Assembly (NCBI RefSeq): GCF_009914755.1
Contig: NC_060929.1
DNA from: the human T2T-CHM13v2.0 reference genome, Homo sapiens
Reading direction: 5' to 3' (one strand)
DNA length: 64,000 nucleotides
Within the stretch, counting starts at the first letter, position 1, and each line of letters starts with the position of its first letter. Positions 41,651 through 57,477 of the stretch are shown piece after piece. The position numbers and the translations under genes were made by a program. Below the pieces are notes generated by a model. The model did not search any database and was not told the origin of the DNA. It saw only the letters and a list, made by a program, of their open reading frames with translations.

Positions 41651-44600
41651 CTAAGCAAAACAATAATGAAACCCAGCTATATGTTGCCCAGAACAGAACC
41701 ACCTTACTATTAAAGACAAATATAGATTGAAAATGAAAAAATGGAGAATGATATCGCATGCAAATGGAAAGCAAAAGCAAGCAGGAGTTGCCATACTTAC
41801 ATCAGATAAATTGGACTTTAAGTCAAAAATTGTTAAAAAAATAAAAAAAGACAAAGAAGGTGATTATATAATGATAAATCAATTCAACAAGAGGATATAA
41901 CAATTCTAAAAATATATACACTCAACACCAGAGTACACAAACATATAAAGCATATATTATTAGATCTAAAAGGAGAGACATCCTGCAATATAATAAGAGT
42001 AGAAGTCTTTAACACCCCACTTTCAACAATGAACAGATCAACTAGATAGAAAACCAACAAAGAAACATTGGACTTACAATGACATACACCAAATGAACCT
42101 AGCAGAAATATACAGAAGATTCCGCCCAACAGCTATGGAATACACATTCTCCTCAACTGCACATGAAACATTTTTCAGGATAGATCGTATTTCAGGCCAC
42201 AAAATAAGTCTTAACAAATTGAAGAAGATAGAGATAATTTAAGTATTTTTTTAGGCCACAATGGTATAGAACTAGAAATCAATCATAACAAAAACTTCAG
42301 TAACCTTACTAATACATGGGAAATTAAACAAGATGCTCCCAAGTAACCAAAAGGCCAAAGAAGAAATTAAAAGGAAAATTAAACCTTTCTTTGAGACAAA
42401 TGTACATGGAAATACATCATATCAAACCCTATAAGACACAGGAAAAGCTGTTCAGAGAGGACAGTTTATAACAATAAATGCCTACATGGAAAAAAAAAAG
42501 AATTTCTAATGAACACCCTAACTATGCACCTCAAGAAACCAAGAACAAAGTAAAACCAAAATTGGTAGAAGGAAAACAATAGTAAAGCTCAAAGCAGAAA
42601 TGAACAAATAGAAGCTAAAGAAACAATTCAAAAGATCAACAAAAGGAAGAGTTGCTTTTTTGAAAAGATAAGCAAAATAAGAAACCTTTACCTAGACTAA
42701 GAAGAAAAAAGATCCAAATCAGTAAAATCAGAGATGAAAAAGGAGATACTACAGTTGATGTCACAGAAATACAAAAGATTGTAAAAGACCATTATCAACA
42801 ACTGTACACCAATACGCTTGAGTATATAGGAGAAATGAATAAATTCCTGGATACATGCAACCTACCAAGATTAAATTATGAAGAAATAGAAAATGTATCG
42901 ATTCTGAAAAGACCAATAAGCAGTGAGGATATTGAATCAGTAATAAGGAGTCATCTTCCACTAAAAAACAAACAAAAAACCAGCCCAGGACCTGATGGTT
43001 TCACTGCTGAATTCACCTAAATATTTAAACAAACACTAGTACCAATTCTCCTTAAACTATTCCAGAAAATTAAGGAGGGAATACTTCCAAACTCATTGTA
43101 TAAAGCCAGCATTACTTTGATTTCAAAACCAGACAAGGACACAGCAGAAACAACAAAGAAAACTATAAGCCAATATTCCTGATGAACGTAGATGCAAAAA
43201 TTCTCAGCAAGATACTAGCAAACTGAATTCAACAGTAGGTTAAGAAGATAATTCACTATAATCAAGTAGGATTCATCCCAGAGATGCAAGGATGACTCAA
43301 CATATGCAAATCAATAAATGTGAAACACCGAAAGACAAAGACCATGTGATCATTTCAATAGATGGAGAAAAACATTTGGCAAAATTCAATATCTTTTCAT
43401 GATAAAAAAAAAAAAAACCTCTTAACAAATTAGGTATAGAAGACTCAACAAATTGGGTACGTCATCATAATAAAGGCCATATATAACAAACCCACTGCTA
43501 ACATCATACTGAACAAGGGAAAAAGACTAGAATGCTGACTTTCACCAGTCCTATTCAACATAGTACTGAAAGTCCTAGCCAGTACAATTAGCCAAAAGAA
43601 AGAAAGAAAAGCCATCTAATTTGGAAAGGAGGAAGTCAAATTGTTCCTGCTTGCAGATAACATAATCTTACATATAGAAAACTGATGACTCCACCAAAAA
43701 AAAAAAAAATTCTAGAAGTAATAAATTCAGTAAAGTCACAGGATAAAAAAAAAACATGTAGAAATTAATAGCATTTCTACATGCTAATAGCAAACTATCA
43801 GAAAAAGAAATCAAGAAAACAATTTTATTTACTATAGCTACCCAACATAAGATACCTAAGAATAAACTTAAGTAACAAGGTGAAAGATGTTGATATTGAA
43901 ACTATAAAACATTGATGAAATAAATTGAAGAAGACACAAATAAATGGAAAGCTAATCCATGCTCACAGATTGGAAGAACTCATATTTTTAAAATGGCCAT
44001 ACTACCCAAAGTGATCTATAGATTTAATGTAATCTCTATGAAAATATCAATGACATTCTTCACATAAATAGAAAAACAACCCTCAAATTCATATGAAAGC
44101 AGAAAAGGCCCTGAATAGCCAAAATAGTCATAAGCAAAAGAACAAAACTGGAGGCATCACACTATCTGATTTCACAATATGTTGCAAAGCTGTTGTAACA
44201 AAAACAGCATGGTACTGGCATAAAGGCAGACTTGTAGAACAGTGAAATAGAATAGAGAAGCCAGAAATGAATTGACACACATACAGCCAACTGATTTTCA
44301 ACAACAGTGCCAAAAACACACCTTGGAGAAAAGGCAGTCTTTTCAATAAATGGTGCTGGGAAAATTGGATATCTACATGCAGAAGGATAAGACTACACCC
44401 CTACTTCTCACCGTATACAAAAATCAATTCAAAATGGATTAAAGACTTCAATGTAAAACCTGAAATTATGAAACTACTAGAAGAAAACATATGGGAAATG
44501 CTTTATAACACTGGTCTATGCAAGGATTTTTAAAATAAGACTTGAAAACCCAGGCAACAAAAGCAAAAATAGACAATTGTGATTACATCAAACTAAAAAG

Positions 44601-46521
44601 CTTTTGCACAGCCAACAAGTAACAGAGTGAGGAGACAACCTACAGAATAGGAGAAAATATCTACATACTATCTATCTAACAAGGACTTAATATCCAGAAT
44701 ATATAAGAAACTTAACAGCAAACAACAACAACAACAACAAATAACCCAATTTAAAAATGGGCAAAGAAAAGACCTTAATTAACATTACTCAATGAAGACA
44801 TACAAATGGCCAGGAGGTATACGAAAAAAGAAAATGCTCCACATCACAAATCACCAGGGAAACACAAATTAAAAACACAATGAGATAACACTTCACTCCA
44901 ATTAGAGTGGCTGTTATCAAAAACACAACAGAAAACAAGTGCCAGTGAGAATCTAAAGAACAGTGAACACTCATACACTGTTGGTGGAATTAAGTCAAAA
45001 ATTGTTAAAAAAAAAAAAAAAAAAAAAAAAAGAAGGTCATAATTGTAAATTAGTACAGCCACTATAGAAAACAGTGTGGCGATTCCTGAAAAACTAAAAA
45101 TAGAACTACCATGTGATCCAGCAATGTCATTCCCGGTATATATCTAAAGGAAATGAAATCAGAATGTTGAAGAGATATCTGCACTCTATGTTTATTGTAA
45201 CACTATTTACAATAGCTAAACTATAGAATCAACCTACATGTCCAACAATGAATGAATGGATAAAGAAAATGTGGTATATGTACAATGGAATACTATTTAT
45301 CCATAAAAAAGAATAAAATTTTGTCATTTGAAACATTGAGGGACCTGGAGGACATCATGTTAAGTGCAGTAAACCCAGTACAGAAAGACCAATACCACAT
45401 GATCTCAGTTATATGTGGAACTGAAAAAACAAAGTTGTTATTATAGAAGCAGAAAGTAGAACAGGGGTTACCAAAGACTGGAAAGGAGGGGGAAGAGGAG
45501 GACAGAGAAAGATTGGTCAACAGGCACAAAGTTACAATTAGAAGGAATAAGTTCTGGTGCTCTATTGCACTGTAGAGTGACTATGGTTAATAGTACGGTA
45601 TTGTGTATTACAAAATAGCTTTGAGTGTTATCGCCACAAAGAAATGATAAATATATGAAATGATAGATATGCTAAATGCCCTGATTTTATAATTATACAA
45701 CATATATATGTATCAAACATCAAATTTTACCCCATAAATATGTACGATTACAATGTGTCAATAAAAATGAACAAAGGTACATACAGTATTTTAAAACAAA
45801 ACAAAAATATATAAAAACACCATTATGTACTAATGTGGCATGAGATCCATTCAATATTATTAATTTAAATAAGCAAGACTGTAAGGGGAGAAGAGAATAT
45901 ATTTACATATATTTGCTAACATATGCACAAAATGTCTTTGAAATTATTCACCAGAAGTATCAGTTGCCTCTGCAGAGGGTGATGCCTGGAGGACCAAAGT
46001 GGAAGGGAAAGTTTCACTGCTTTTGAATTTTTAAAACATTTTGCACTATATACAGTATTATTTATGCAACAGGTAAATACAATTTAAATGTCCTAACACC
46101 AATATGTTGTGAGGTAGGCTGTTTGATACACTATTGGTGATATTCTGAGTTGGAATAATCTTTTTTGAAAGCAATTTAATAACATGAAACAAGAATCTTT
46201 AAGTAGTTTCACTTTTTAACATAGCAAATATACTTTCTGGTATCTATCCTCAGAAAATATGCAGAGATAAAATGTTTATCATGGTGTTATTTATAACTAT
46301 GAAAAATTAGAAATAACCTAAATGTCCAATGAAATTGGAACAAATAAATTTGATGCAGTCATACAACAGAATAATATACAGCTATTTAAAACCATTTTGA
46401 ATGAATATTTAACAACATGCTCAAAATATTGTGAATAGAAAAGTAAGGTGCAAGGTCTCACACATGGCATGACCCTAATTTTCCCCAAAAGTTATGTATA
46501 TACATACTCACATGTTTATGA

Positions 46522-47015
46522 TGTGGTTCAGGATATGCTACCCCAAAATATAACACCTTGGCTTAGAGGAAACAGCAGGAACAAGACATTCACTCTTACC
46601 TCTTTCACCTATTTTCACCTGAGGCAGGACATACAAGGATTCTGTCTTTCCTATGAATGTCATAAAACCATCATTCCAGAGATGTCCTCCATATATCCGG
46701 AGGAAAGGAACATCCTTATCCTCCAAGACACAGAGACACAAAGAACAATCTGAATGGTTTCCCAAGTTTAATACCATTAGATCATATCCTCTTTTGTCCA
46801 ATCAGACCTTTGCACAACTGACAACTCTTCATCAAACCTAAGCATAACAATACAGTTTTTACTGTTTCTCTGGGTCTTCATTTCTGAAGTCCCCTGTGTC
46901 CTGTAAAACTTAAATAGATTTGTGTGTTTTTCTCTTGTAAATGTGTCTTTTGTTACAAGGATCTCACCATGAATCCATCAATGAAAGAGAAAAAAAAATC
47001 AGTTTTCTGCTATAC
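46522..47015 (+). mobile_element. LTR37-like ERV1 solo LTR
   Basis: TGTGGTTCAGGATATGCTACCCCAAAATATAACACCTTGGC...GGGTCTTCATTTCTGAAG..CCTGTGTC. Confidence 0.75.
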
Positions 47016-47404
47016 TTCTCTTATATACACATAAAAACATAGGAAAGAAACCCCACAACATATTAAGATAATTATCTCTAGATGCTAATTCAATATCACT
47101 GAATTTCAATATCTCCTAGATATGATTTTCAGTATCATCTTGAAAATTACTGATATTTTATAAATTTTCTATGTTGAAAATGTATTACTCTTGTTAGCTT
47201 AAAGGATATTTAGAAAAAATTGAAATATTTAATGCTTTACAACATTTTAAACATAAAGAAATACCTTGGGTCATATTGTACATTCTCCTCCCAATAATTC
47301 TGTACATTGTTAACAAATAAAACATCTTGAGTTACAAAATATATCACTTATGAAAGTAAAGACAAAAATAAAATTATATTTACTCTTACCAAATCATGTT
47401 ATGA

Positions 47405-47650
47405 AAAGTAGGGGTTCCAGAAAGAGAAGAGTTCTGTGGTCAAATAAGTTAAAGAAACATTAAGCTACATTTCGTAGCCTCCTCCTCTTAGAGATAATGA
47501 ATTAATTAATATTATCATATTAATGCTTTTAACAGATCCTGCATTAAGGAAAATTGTTTAACCATTTAACCTAAAGTTTCTCTCTCTTCCTTTCTCCCCT
47601 TCTCTAAATATCTAAATATGCCCCAGTATTCCAAAGAACATGGTTAAGAA
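47405..47650. mobile_element. MER103C-like hAT-Charlie fragment
   Basis: GTTCTGTGGTCAAATAAGTT...ATCCTGCATTAAGGAAAATTGTTTAAC...TTTAACC. Confidence 0.5.
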
Positions 47651-48267
47651 GATGATGAGCTTGGGAACTTTTAAGACCCCTCTGTCTAATCTCTAATTAT
47701 GTCTGGTTCTATGGCACTGGCTCACTGCAACCTCAGTGACAACCATAGTGTGAGGGCTATCCTAACTCTCTCCTGATTTCCCCAAGACAAGATATCATAC
47801 CTGATCATTTTATTGTCCATGTCCACCCTCCCTTCCCCAGTAGGGTTTACCTGCACAGTATCGCTTCTACCTATCAGCATATCAGAAAACATATACTAAA
47901 CATATACTAAAACACTGTGCAACTGTGTTTCTGATGGGACAAAAATTATTAGTGTAAGAGAATCTCTACTATTTCCACTTTCTTTAGAAGACAGGTCAGT
48001 TTTTTAATTTCCTGTGTTCAGTTTTTTCTCTCCCTTGCCCTCCAAGGAAGTCTCTTCCATTTATTGTTTGAGCTTTAACAATGCAGATTTGGGAGAATGG
48101 GAAAAAGTAGTGGTAGGCAAGCTGCAAGGAAAAATACTGGAAGAGAACTAGAAGGGGAAACAGTTGAGAGCAGTAGAAGAAAGTGGAGTTTTAAGAATTG
48201 TTGCTGTGGATCATGTATTGTCTTTGTAGTGTTTAAAAAATAATGCAGAAAGAAATGTGGAAGAACG

Positions 48268-51200
48268 TGTCACAGGACTTTTCCTTAGTTCAGCTAAAGA
48301 CGGGGTCCTTGTCCATCCCATGGCCACAAAAATTTAGGCTCGCGGACAGTTTGAAGGTGAGTGAACAGGGTTTTATTGGGTGAAAAGGAAGAAAGTGGGG
48401 AAACAGGGACTCTCGCTAGACCAGAGTCCCTGCTAGAGCACTTCCACCCAGCAGTTCTTCAAATCCCAGGTTTCACACAGGAAGGGGAGGATCCAGGCTC
48501 CTTCCTGCTGCAAACGTCGTGAACTTCCCTAAGCTCCACCCTCACTGGGCAGGCTGGTTGGACTTTCTCCAGGGACGCCCTCCCACCTGGCTGTGTCATT
48601 CTCTCCTCTAAAGAAATACATCTAGCTGCTGTTAGATTCAGGATAAGGACAAAGACCCATCTTAACTGCTTCCTGCTGAAAGGGGGCACTGCTGTTTTGG
48701 GGAAATGACAGAGCTCCCTCAGAGGCCTATTTAAGGGTCCCCAGCAGAAGGGCCCATTGTCAGAGGCTCTGGTTGCATGACAGTTTGGAGTTTGATGGCC
48801 TGAAGGCAAGAACAGACAAACCAGGTTATTAGAAAACATGTATCAAAATGAAACAAGGTGCGGGGAAGGACAGCTCAAAAATTCCAAGGCTTTTTACCAG
48901 TTTGCACAAGGAGAGGGAAGCCAAAATCCCGACTGGCAAAAAAACCTTACCCTTTGGCCAGCATGTTGGGCTTCTGGGTTCCCTTCCACTGGGCCCTATC
49001 CTAACCCAACCAGTTTAAGGTTTGGGAAATTAACTCTTTCCAGTTTGGAGGATGCATCTGAGGGGAGTGTCGCATAGTATGGAGACACAATTACCTATTA
49101 GTGAAGAGAAAACCAAGTAGAAGAAAGGAAAAAGAAGGCATTTTTAAAAGGCGTCCCAAGGGTTCAGGATGCATTCGAAAGGGGTACAAACTGAAGATGA
49201 ATGGCTACCCATTTAGAAAGAGGGAAGCAGGCGTCCCTGGTTCCCTTCTCTTCCCAGCAGATACACAGTGGTAAGTGAGGGAGAGAGAGAGAAGAGTGTC
49301 TATTTTCCCTCTTCCATCCTTGCATCCCCAAGTTCTGGTGACCTTGGCACGTGCCACCGTGGGTGTCAAAGCAACTTGCACCCATGAAACGGGGCCCTAG
49401 AGAATAGGAATTATCCATTCTCACCTGTGTCTCTTTCCTTCCTACTGTCAGTGGCCTTCGAATTCCCTAGACCTCATTTATGCCATGAATATTAACGTGG
49501 TCTTTATCCATGAAACAGGAAGCTTAGTGTTGGCTTATTTGGCAGGAATCAGCCATGCTCACTTGCCCTGTGCCTTTTAACCTCTGTTGTTATTTGCCTC
49601 TGGATCCCTCAGATCCAATTTTGTTTCCTAGGGCCTTGACTCGAAGCTTGGAGTTGCATCTGGGAGAAAAATGTATCTCAGGGGTAGGAGGGAGGGGGGT
49701 TGCACGGACTCCTTATCATAAGCCAAATGCTAAGGTGAAACTGTGGAACTGAGTCCTCCTCCAAGGGAGAGGAAAGGATGTCTTGTGACATAACTTTCAT
49801 AACTGGTAGCTATAGTTAAGCTTGCTAGGATTTGGGTGCATGGTACTTAGCTTTGGTTAGCTCCTTTGGTTTTACTTTCCCAAAAGGAAGCCTCTGAGTG
49901 ACGGGCATTCTATTTATTCCAGTTGCCTGGCAGTATTTGCAGGATAATTGCTCAGAACTAGAACATTGATCTGGATTTCTACACTACCCATCCCTTTTGT
50001 TCTTTCCGAACTGCAGCCAGCGATGGCTGCAGTTCACAGGAGCAAGCAGGGTTAGTCTAAAATGTAGGCAAAAACTTAAAAACTAATAATGAGTTTAGAA
50101 TTTAATGACAAATGTATGATAAGTTTTGAAACATGATTTTTCTCTCTGTAGTCCTCATGTTTGTTAAAAAACAAATCATTGTAGGACTGAGTGGTTTGCA
50201 AAATAGACTTAAGTTTTATAATTGGCCTGATTATTTGCATAAAGTGCAGCAAGAATAATTATTTCTATGTAGGCCTTTTGGATTGGCTTTGATGGAATTC
50301 TATTCCATGAGGAATCTCAGATAAAATATTTTAAAGCTGAGCCCAACCATGGGTTTGTATCCACAAATACCTGTGAGCTGGGTGATCCTCTCCTCTTAAG
50401 GTTGCAAGATAAACTTGGAGCTCCTGACCTGCTAGAAAGTGACATTCTTTACTAACCACAGGTCAGGAACCCTGTACATGGACTGTGTAGATGAGGGTAG
50501 GAGGACAGTTCCTCCAGTGGGCTTTTATTGGCTCTGCAGGTCAAAATTGACTCCTTAAAGGGAAGCATATCCTTCCAGTCAAAGCCTTGGTAAAACAACC
50601 GTTTTCTCCAGTTGTGTTCTGTTGCAAGAGAAAAATGGATTCTTACTGCACTGATGCAACTATTTATATTGCCATAAGAAAACTCACAGATAGTTTCCAA
50701 ATTCTAGGGGAGCCAGGCAGAGAGAAACAAACATGCTCCAAATTTTGATCACACGAGTGTACACCTTACTTAATTATTAAAGGCCATAAATAGTTCAAAA
50801 TAAGTTTCCTTGACTCTGAAAAACAAAACATGGATCAGCAGTATTCCAAGCAAAAGTCAAAAATGTTGCTTCAGCTTTCTGAGTTCAGTTCATTTGTGAA
50901 CTCTTGTTTTGCTTGATATTCATGAGCATTTCAGCTCTTCATGAGACCTGTACATTTTCCTTTATTCCAATATCACAATCTCCAAAGTTTTCAGAAGCCT
51001 GTATTTGGGAGCACCTGTTAAAGTTCTATAGCTTACTATAAGCCATCTTTTGAAAAGGATTAAAACAAAACAACAATTGTCTGAATAGCAAAATGTCCAG
51101 GGTAGTCATAGTTAAAAACACGATTGACAAATACGTTTGGTTATCTCTGTAGCTTACAATAACATAACAACCCTAATTATGATTGTTAGCATATACTCAG

Positions 51201-53307
51201 ACATTAAAATTCTAGAAATCCCATACAATTTTGGAACATATGTTTGCATTATTCACCAATATATAACCTAAAGAAGATTGAACATCATTTTGGAAATTTC
51301 ATATACCTAAATATGTCAAATAATCCTGTTTACCTCTCTTTTCTGGACATTCCAGGGGTTCTCTGGACTATCTGAAAAGCCAGATGTCAGGGAAGGTAAT
51401 TTTCAAACTGAAGTTTGATTTGGGGAAGGCTGTAAAATATGTTTAAAGCACTTGATGTTGTGAAATAGTATTCCAGATTACCATAAGTTATTTATTTTGC
51501 TAAAATGATGATGACTCGGAAATTTTAAAGAAGCAAAAACTTTTTATAACTCTTTTGAATTTAGTCAATATGTTCACATAGAGATCCTCTTCTGCAAGAT
51601 TAATTTCCACAATTCCTCCACCACTTTTTGAACTTTCAGCTTTTTCCTAATTTAACTCAAAACAATCCTTTAACCCTAGGCAAAAGTTTACATTTCCATG
51701 CCTTCTTAAAACCTTTTACTAAAAAACACGTTTTACTGTTCTTGCACACCTTGCACATAAATCTATTTTCAGTAGTCTCAATTACATGTTATAGTGATAA
51801 CTCCTATCAATTTTTAACTTTAAGATAAAATTCGGTAAGTTGCTTTAATTGTGTGCTAAGTGCATCCAAGGTTTGCCTTCTTAGTTAAGGGCATGTTTAG
51901 TTCCATATGTCCCCAGGCCTAAACAATTGTAAAGCAGACAAGACAGACAGTTCTCAAAACCCAAAAAGCAGTTTGTAACCTTAAAATATTCAGCAAACCT
52001 TGCATCTGACCTACATAGTTTAGTTTATCTATTTACATTTTAATGACAACTACATTTTACCAATCGTCTTTAAGGCTGCTTTTATTTCTCAAAGATTAAA
52101 GTCACATGAACTGAAAGATTCCACAGCTCTTAACTTCCCTTTAAAAAATGTTAGATCCAAGCACTTGTCTTTCTTTAGGCCAAATTAATTAGAGCTGTTT
52201 TTATAGACATCACACACAGTACATACACAGAAAGGCAGAAGAAAACCCAGTCACTGGGTGAGGTCCCCTAGGAGACAGAGCTAGGAAAACATGCAGATAT
52301 GAACCACAGGGGACTCATCCTCTAAGGCAGTATTGCTAAACAAAGCTTTGCCAAGGGGTTACTGGCCATGCCCCAAGGATGTAAAGCAAGATGGAGTCTT
52401 GCAGGACAAGCGATACAGACATGCAAAGCACACCAGAGTGGCCACAGTCCAAGACTAGCTCCACAAATCCTTTTTCATAATTAAAGCTTTATGAAAAATA
52501 TGAACAGTGATAGTTGGGGGACCTGGTCTAGTAAACGGGGGAAAAAAAACTTTAAAAGTTAACTGCTGACAGGGTGGAGAAGAGGAAAGAAAAAAAAATT
52601 TTTTTAATTCCTGGGGAAGAACCTCTTATTCTTATGCAACTGGTTCCTCCACCAGGGAGAAAAGATGAAGCTAAATTACTGTCCAACAGAGTTGAAACAC
52701 CTTGGCTGGTGAAGGGGAAGGCTGCCTCAGCCTGGCTGGGAACCAGCCTGCAGGCTGTGCAGAACCCTTGGGCCATGCATCCCAGCCCCAGCAGGGAGTG
52801 GGGAGTGGTGGGGAGCTGCTACTTACTGGTCCCTCCTGAAAGAGGAAGGAAAAGGCCATGAAAAATCCTGGGAGTGACAGGGTGGGTGGGGACATGGTTT
52901 CCCCCACCTCAGAAGTCTGAGTATGAAAAGGCTTAGAAGCAACAGTGAGAGGTTTTGAGTCCCCATTTTACTCACCACTTCTCGAGCCCCACATTGGGTG
53001 CCAAAACTGTTGCAGGGCTTTTCCTTAGTTCACCTAAAGAGGGGGTCCTGTTGCATCCCACGACCATGAACATTTAGGCTCACAGATGGTTTGAAGGGTG
53101 TGCGAAGTAGGGTTTTATTGGGTGAAAAGGAAGAAAAGGGGAAAACAGGGACTAGGCCAGAGTCCCTGCTAGGGTGCTTCCCGCCCTTATCCCAGGTTCC
53201 TCACAGGCTCCTTCCTGCTGCAAATGTCGTGAACTTCCCGAGGCTCCACCTCAGTGGGCAGCCTGGTTGGGGTTTCTCCAGGGACCCCCTCCCACCTGGC
53301 TGTCTCA
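48268..53307 (-). mobile_element. MER61-like ERV1 non-autonomous provirus: 5' LTR 53008-53307, MER4-group internal region, 3' LTR 48268-48598
   Basis: Two related LTRs (minus start TGA(G/C)ACAGCCAGGTGGGAGGG), PBS next to the 5' LTR, PPT TTTAGAGGAGAGAA next to the 3' LTR. No gag/pol ORF. Possible TSD AACG/AATG. Confidence 0.88.
52986..53003 (-). promoter_or_regulatory. Retroviral primer-binding site, tRNA-Lys(CTT) type
   Basis: Minus TGGCACCCAATGTGGGGC versus the Lys1,2 PBS TGGCGCCCAACGTGGGGC. Both mismatches are CpG transitions. Confidence 0.85.
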
Positions 53308-53899
53308 AAATGAAGGAAGGAGAGAATGGAAGAAGGGAAGGAAATAAGGAAGGCAGGAAAAGGTAGGAAAGAAAAAAGAAAGGAAGACAGTATTGTCTTA
53401 AAAATTGTGTTGTGGTTTCTAGACTAAAGTTCTTTGACCATACCACAGCTTTTAAATGGACCATGCAAGTCACTTTTAATAGTGTAACAAGCTTAGAAGC
53501 TCACACACTCTAAGTAGAAGATTATGTAGGCCTGGAAAAAATGGTAGGTTACTGCCAGTCATGCAGTGTCTTTATTAGAAAATTCATTGATTAGAAAGGA
53601 GAGAAGAAGTAAGCAGATTCTGGAGCATAAAAAGGGGAAAGAATAGCAGCTCTGAAATTAGTATCTTAGTCACTCAGGTAAGCACATCCTAATCAGAACA
53701 TGTGGTTTAGGAGAGATTCTGAGTAATCCTGTATCCTGAAGAATGCTTTCTGTTCTGAAAGGAAGCGTAACCAAAAAGCTTGTCTCCTTGGGACAAACTG
53801 ATGAAGAGGAAAAAGCAGGGTCAAAGCCAAGGCTTAACAGAGGAAATGCAGCAATTGGGAATCAGACAGCTCATTAGACACTAACAGCTCAATAAGCAC

Positions 53900-54280
53900 C
53901 ATTTGAAAACAAATGCAAAAAAATGAGAATCCTATTTTTCAATGCTCAAGTATCAGAAAAGGAAAATATTGACAAAACTCGGTGCTAAAAATGATGTCAA
54001 TAGATAGGCACTTCTATAAACTAATGGAGGGGTTGTGAATTGGTAAACTTTTTTTGGAGGACAGATTAGCAATTGTACCACAATCTATAATTTTAAATGC
54101 ATATAATGGCAGTTCTCTTTGTAAGAATTTTCTCAGAGGAAATAAATAGGCAAGTACATAAAGATGTATATCAAGAATTTTTAAAAGTTATTTTATATAT
54201 AATAAAACTGACTAATTTAATTATCCATCAGTAGAGGGCTTAGTTTAATAAATTAAATATATCCAGATAGTGGTATGCTG
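53900..54280 (+). mobile_element. Old L1ME 3' fragment (continues about 57100-57350)
   Basis: TGTGAATTGGTAAACTTTTTTTGGAGGACAGATTAGCAAT...TTATCCATCAGTAGAGGG. Confidence 0.6.
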
Positions 54281-54284
54281 TCTG

Positions 54285-54531
54285 ACGTAGTTCTTATAAG
54301 CATAGATTTTGGAGTCAGTCTGAGTTTAAATCTAGTCCTACCTCTTACTACTTGTATGATTTTGATCACATTATTTATCTTTGCTTAAATTTCCTAGTCT
54401 ATAAAACACTTTATAAAATCTATAAAGTAGCTTCATAATCTATAAAATCTACTTCACAGAGTTATTACAAAGATTAGATGAGCTAATACACTGAAAATTC
54501 ATGTACATAGTAAGTACTCAATATGTGTTAG
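54285..54531 (+). mobile_element. MIR SINE
   Basis: AGATTTTGGAGTCAG..TGAGTTTAAATCTAG...ACTTCACAGAGTTATTACAAAGATTAGATGAG...CATAGTAAGTACTCAATA. Confidence 0.85.
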
Positions 54532-54540
54532 ATATGAATA

Positions 54541-57098
<2,558 letters not shown>

Positions 57099-57477
57099 CA
57101 TTATTATGCAAACATTATAAGTTACAATATCTAAGTTAACGTGGAAAATAAACATGTTGAGCAAAAGTTACAGGCTAGCTAATAATACAGGTTTCCATTT
57201 ATATAGAAAAATTTGTGTGTGATTGCTTGTGTAGAAAGGGTTCTGAAAATATTTTTACTAAAATGTTAATACTGGATATCTCTGATGGTAGGATTTTGGA
57301 AGATTTTTCTTTTCTTTTTTTCTCATTTTCTAGTATAATATTTTTTACTAACATATAATAACTCCTAAAATGGCAAGCTAGGACATTTAGAGCAACTTTT
57401 CTGCTGAAGAAAACTAAAATTCTGATGCAATATGAAAATAACAATCTTGAAGCACTAAAGAGGCAACTAGATAGTGT

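Larger units (their letters stand above)
38361..45768 (+). mobile_element. Near full-length L1MA (MA4/5-like) LINE, ORFs disrupted
   Basis: 5' CAAGATGGC (YY1-type) at 38364, GC-richer 5' UTR, ORF1 (EIKNFPDKQKLRKF), ORF2 (KFLDTCNLPRLN..SPGPDGFTAEF), L1MA 3' UTR ending TGTGTCAATAAAAA. Candidate TSD GAACAAAGG(G/T)ACAT at 38347-38360 and 45769-45782. Confidence 0.9.

Noticed and set aside
48540-48570. p53 response element expected in some MER61 LTRs
   Set aside because: GGGCAGGCTG here and GGGCAGCCTG in the other LTR do not fit RRRCWWGYYY, and I saw no paired half-sites.
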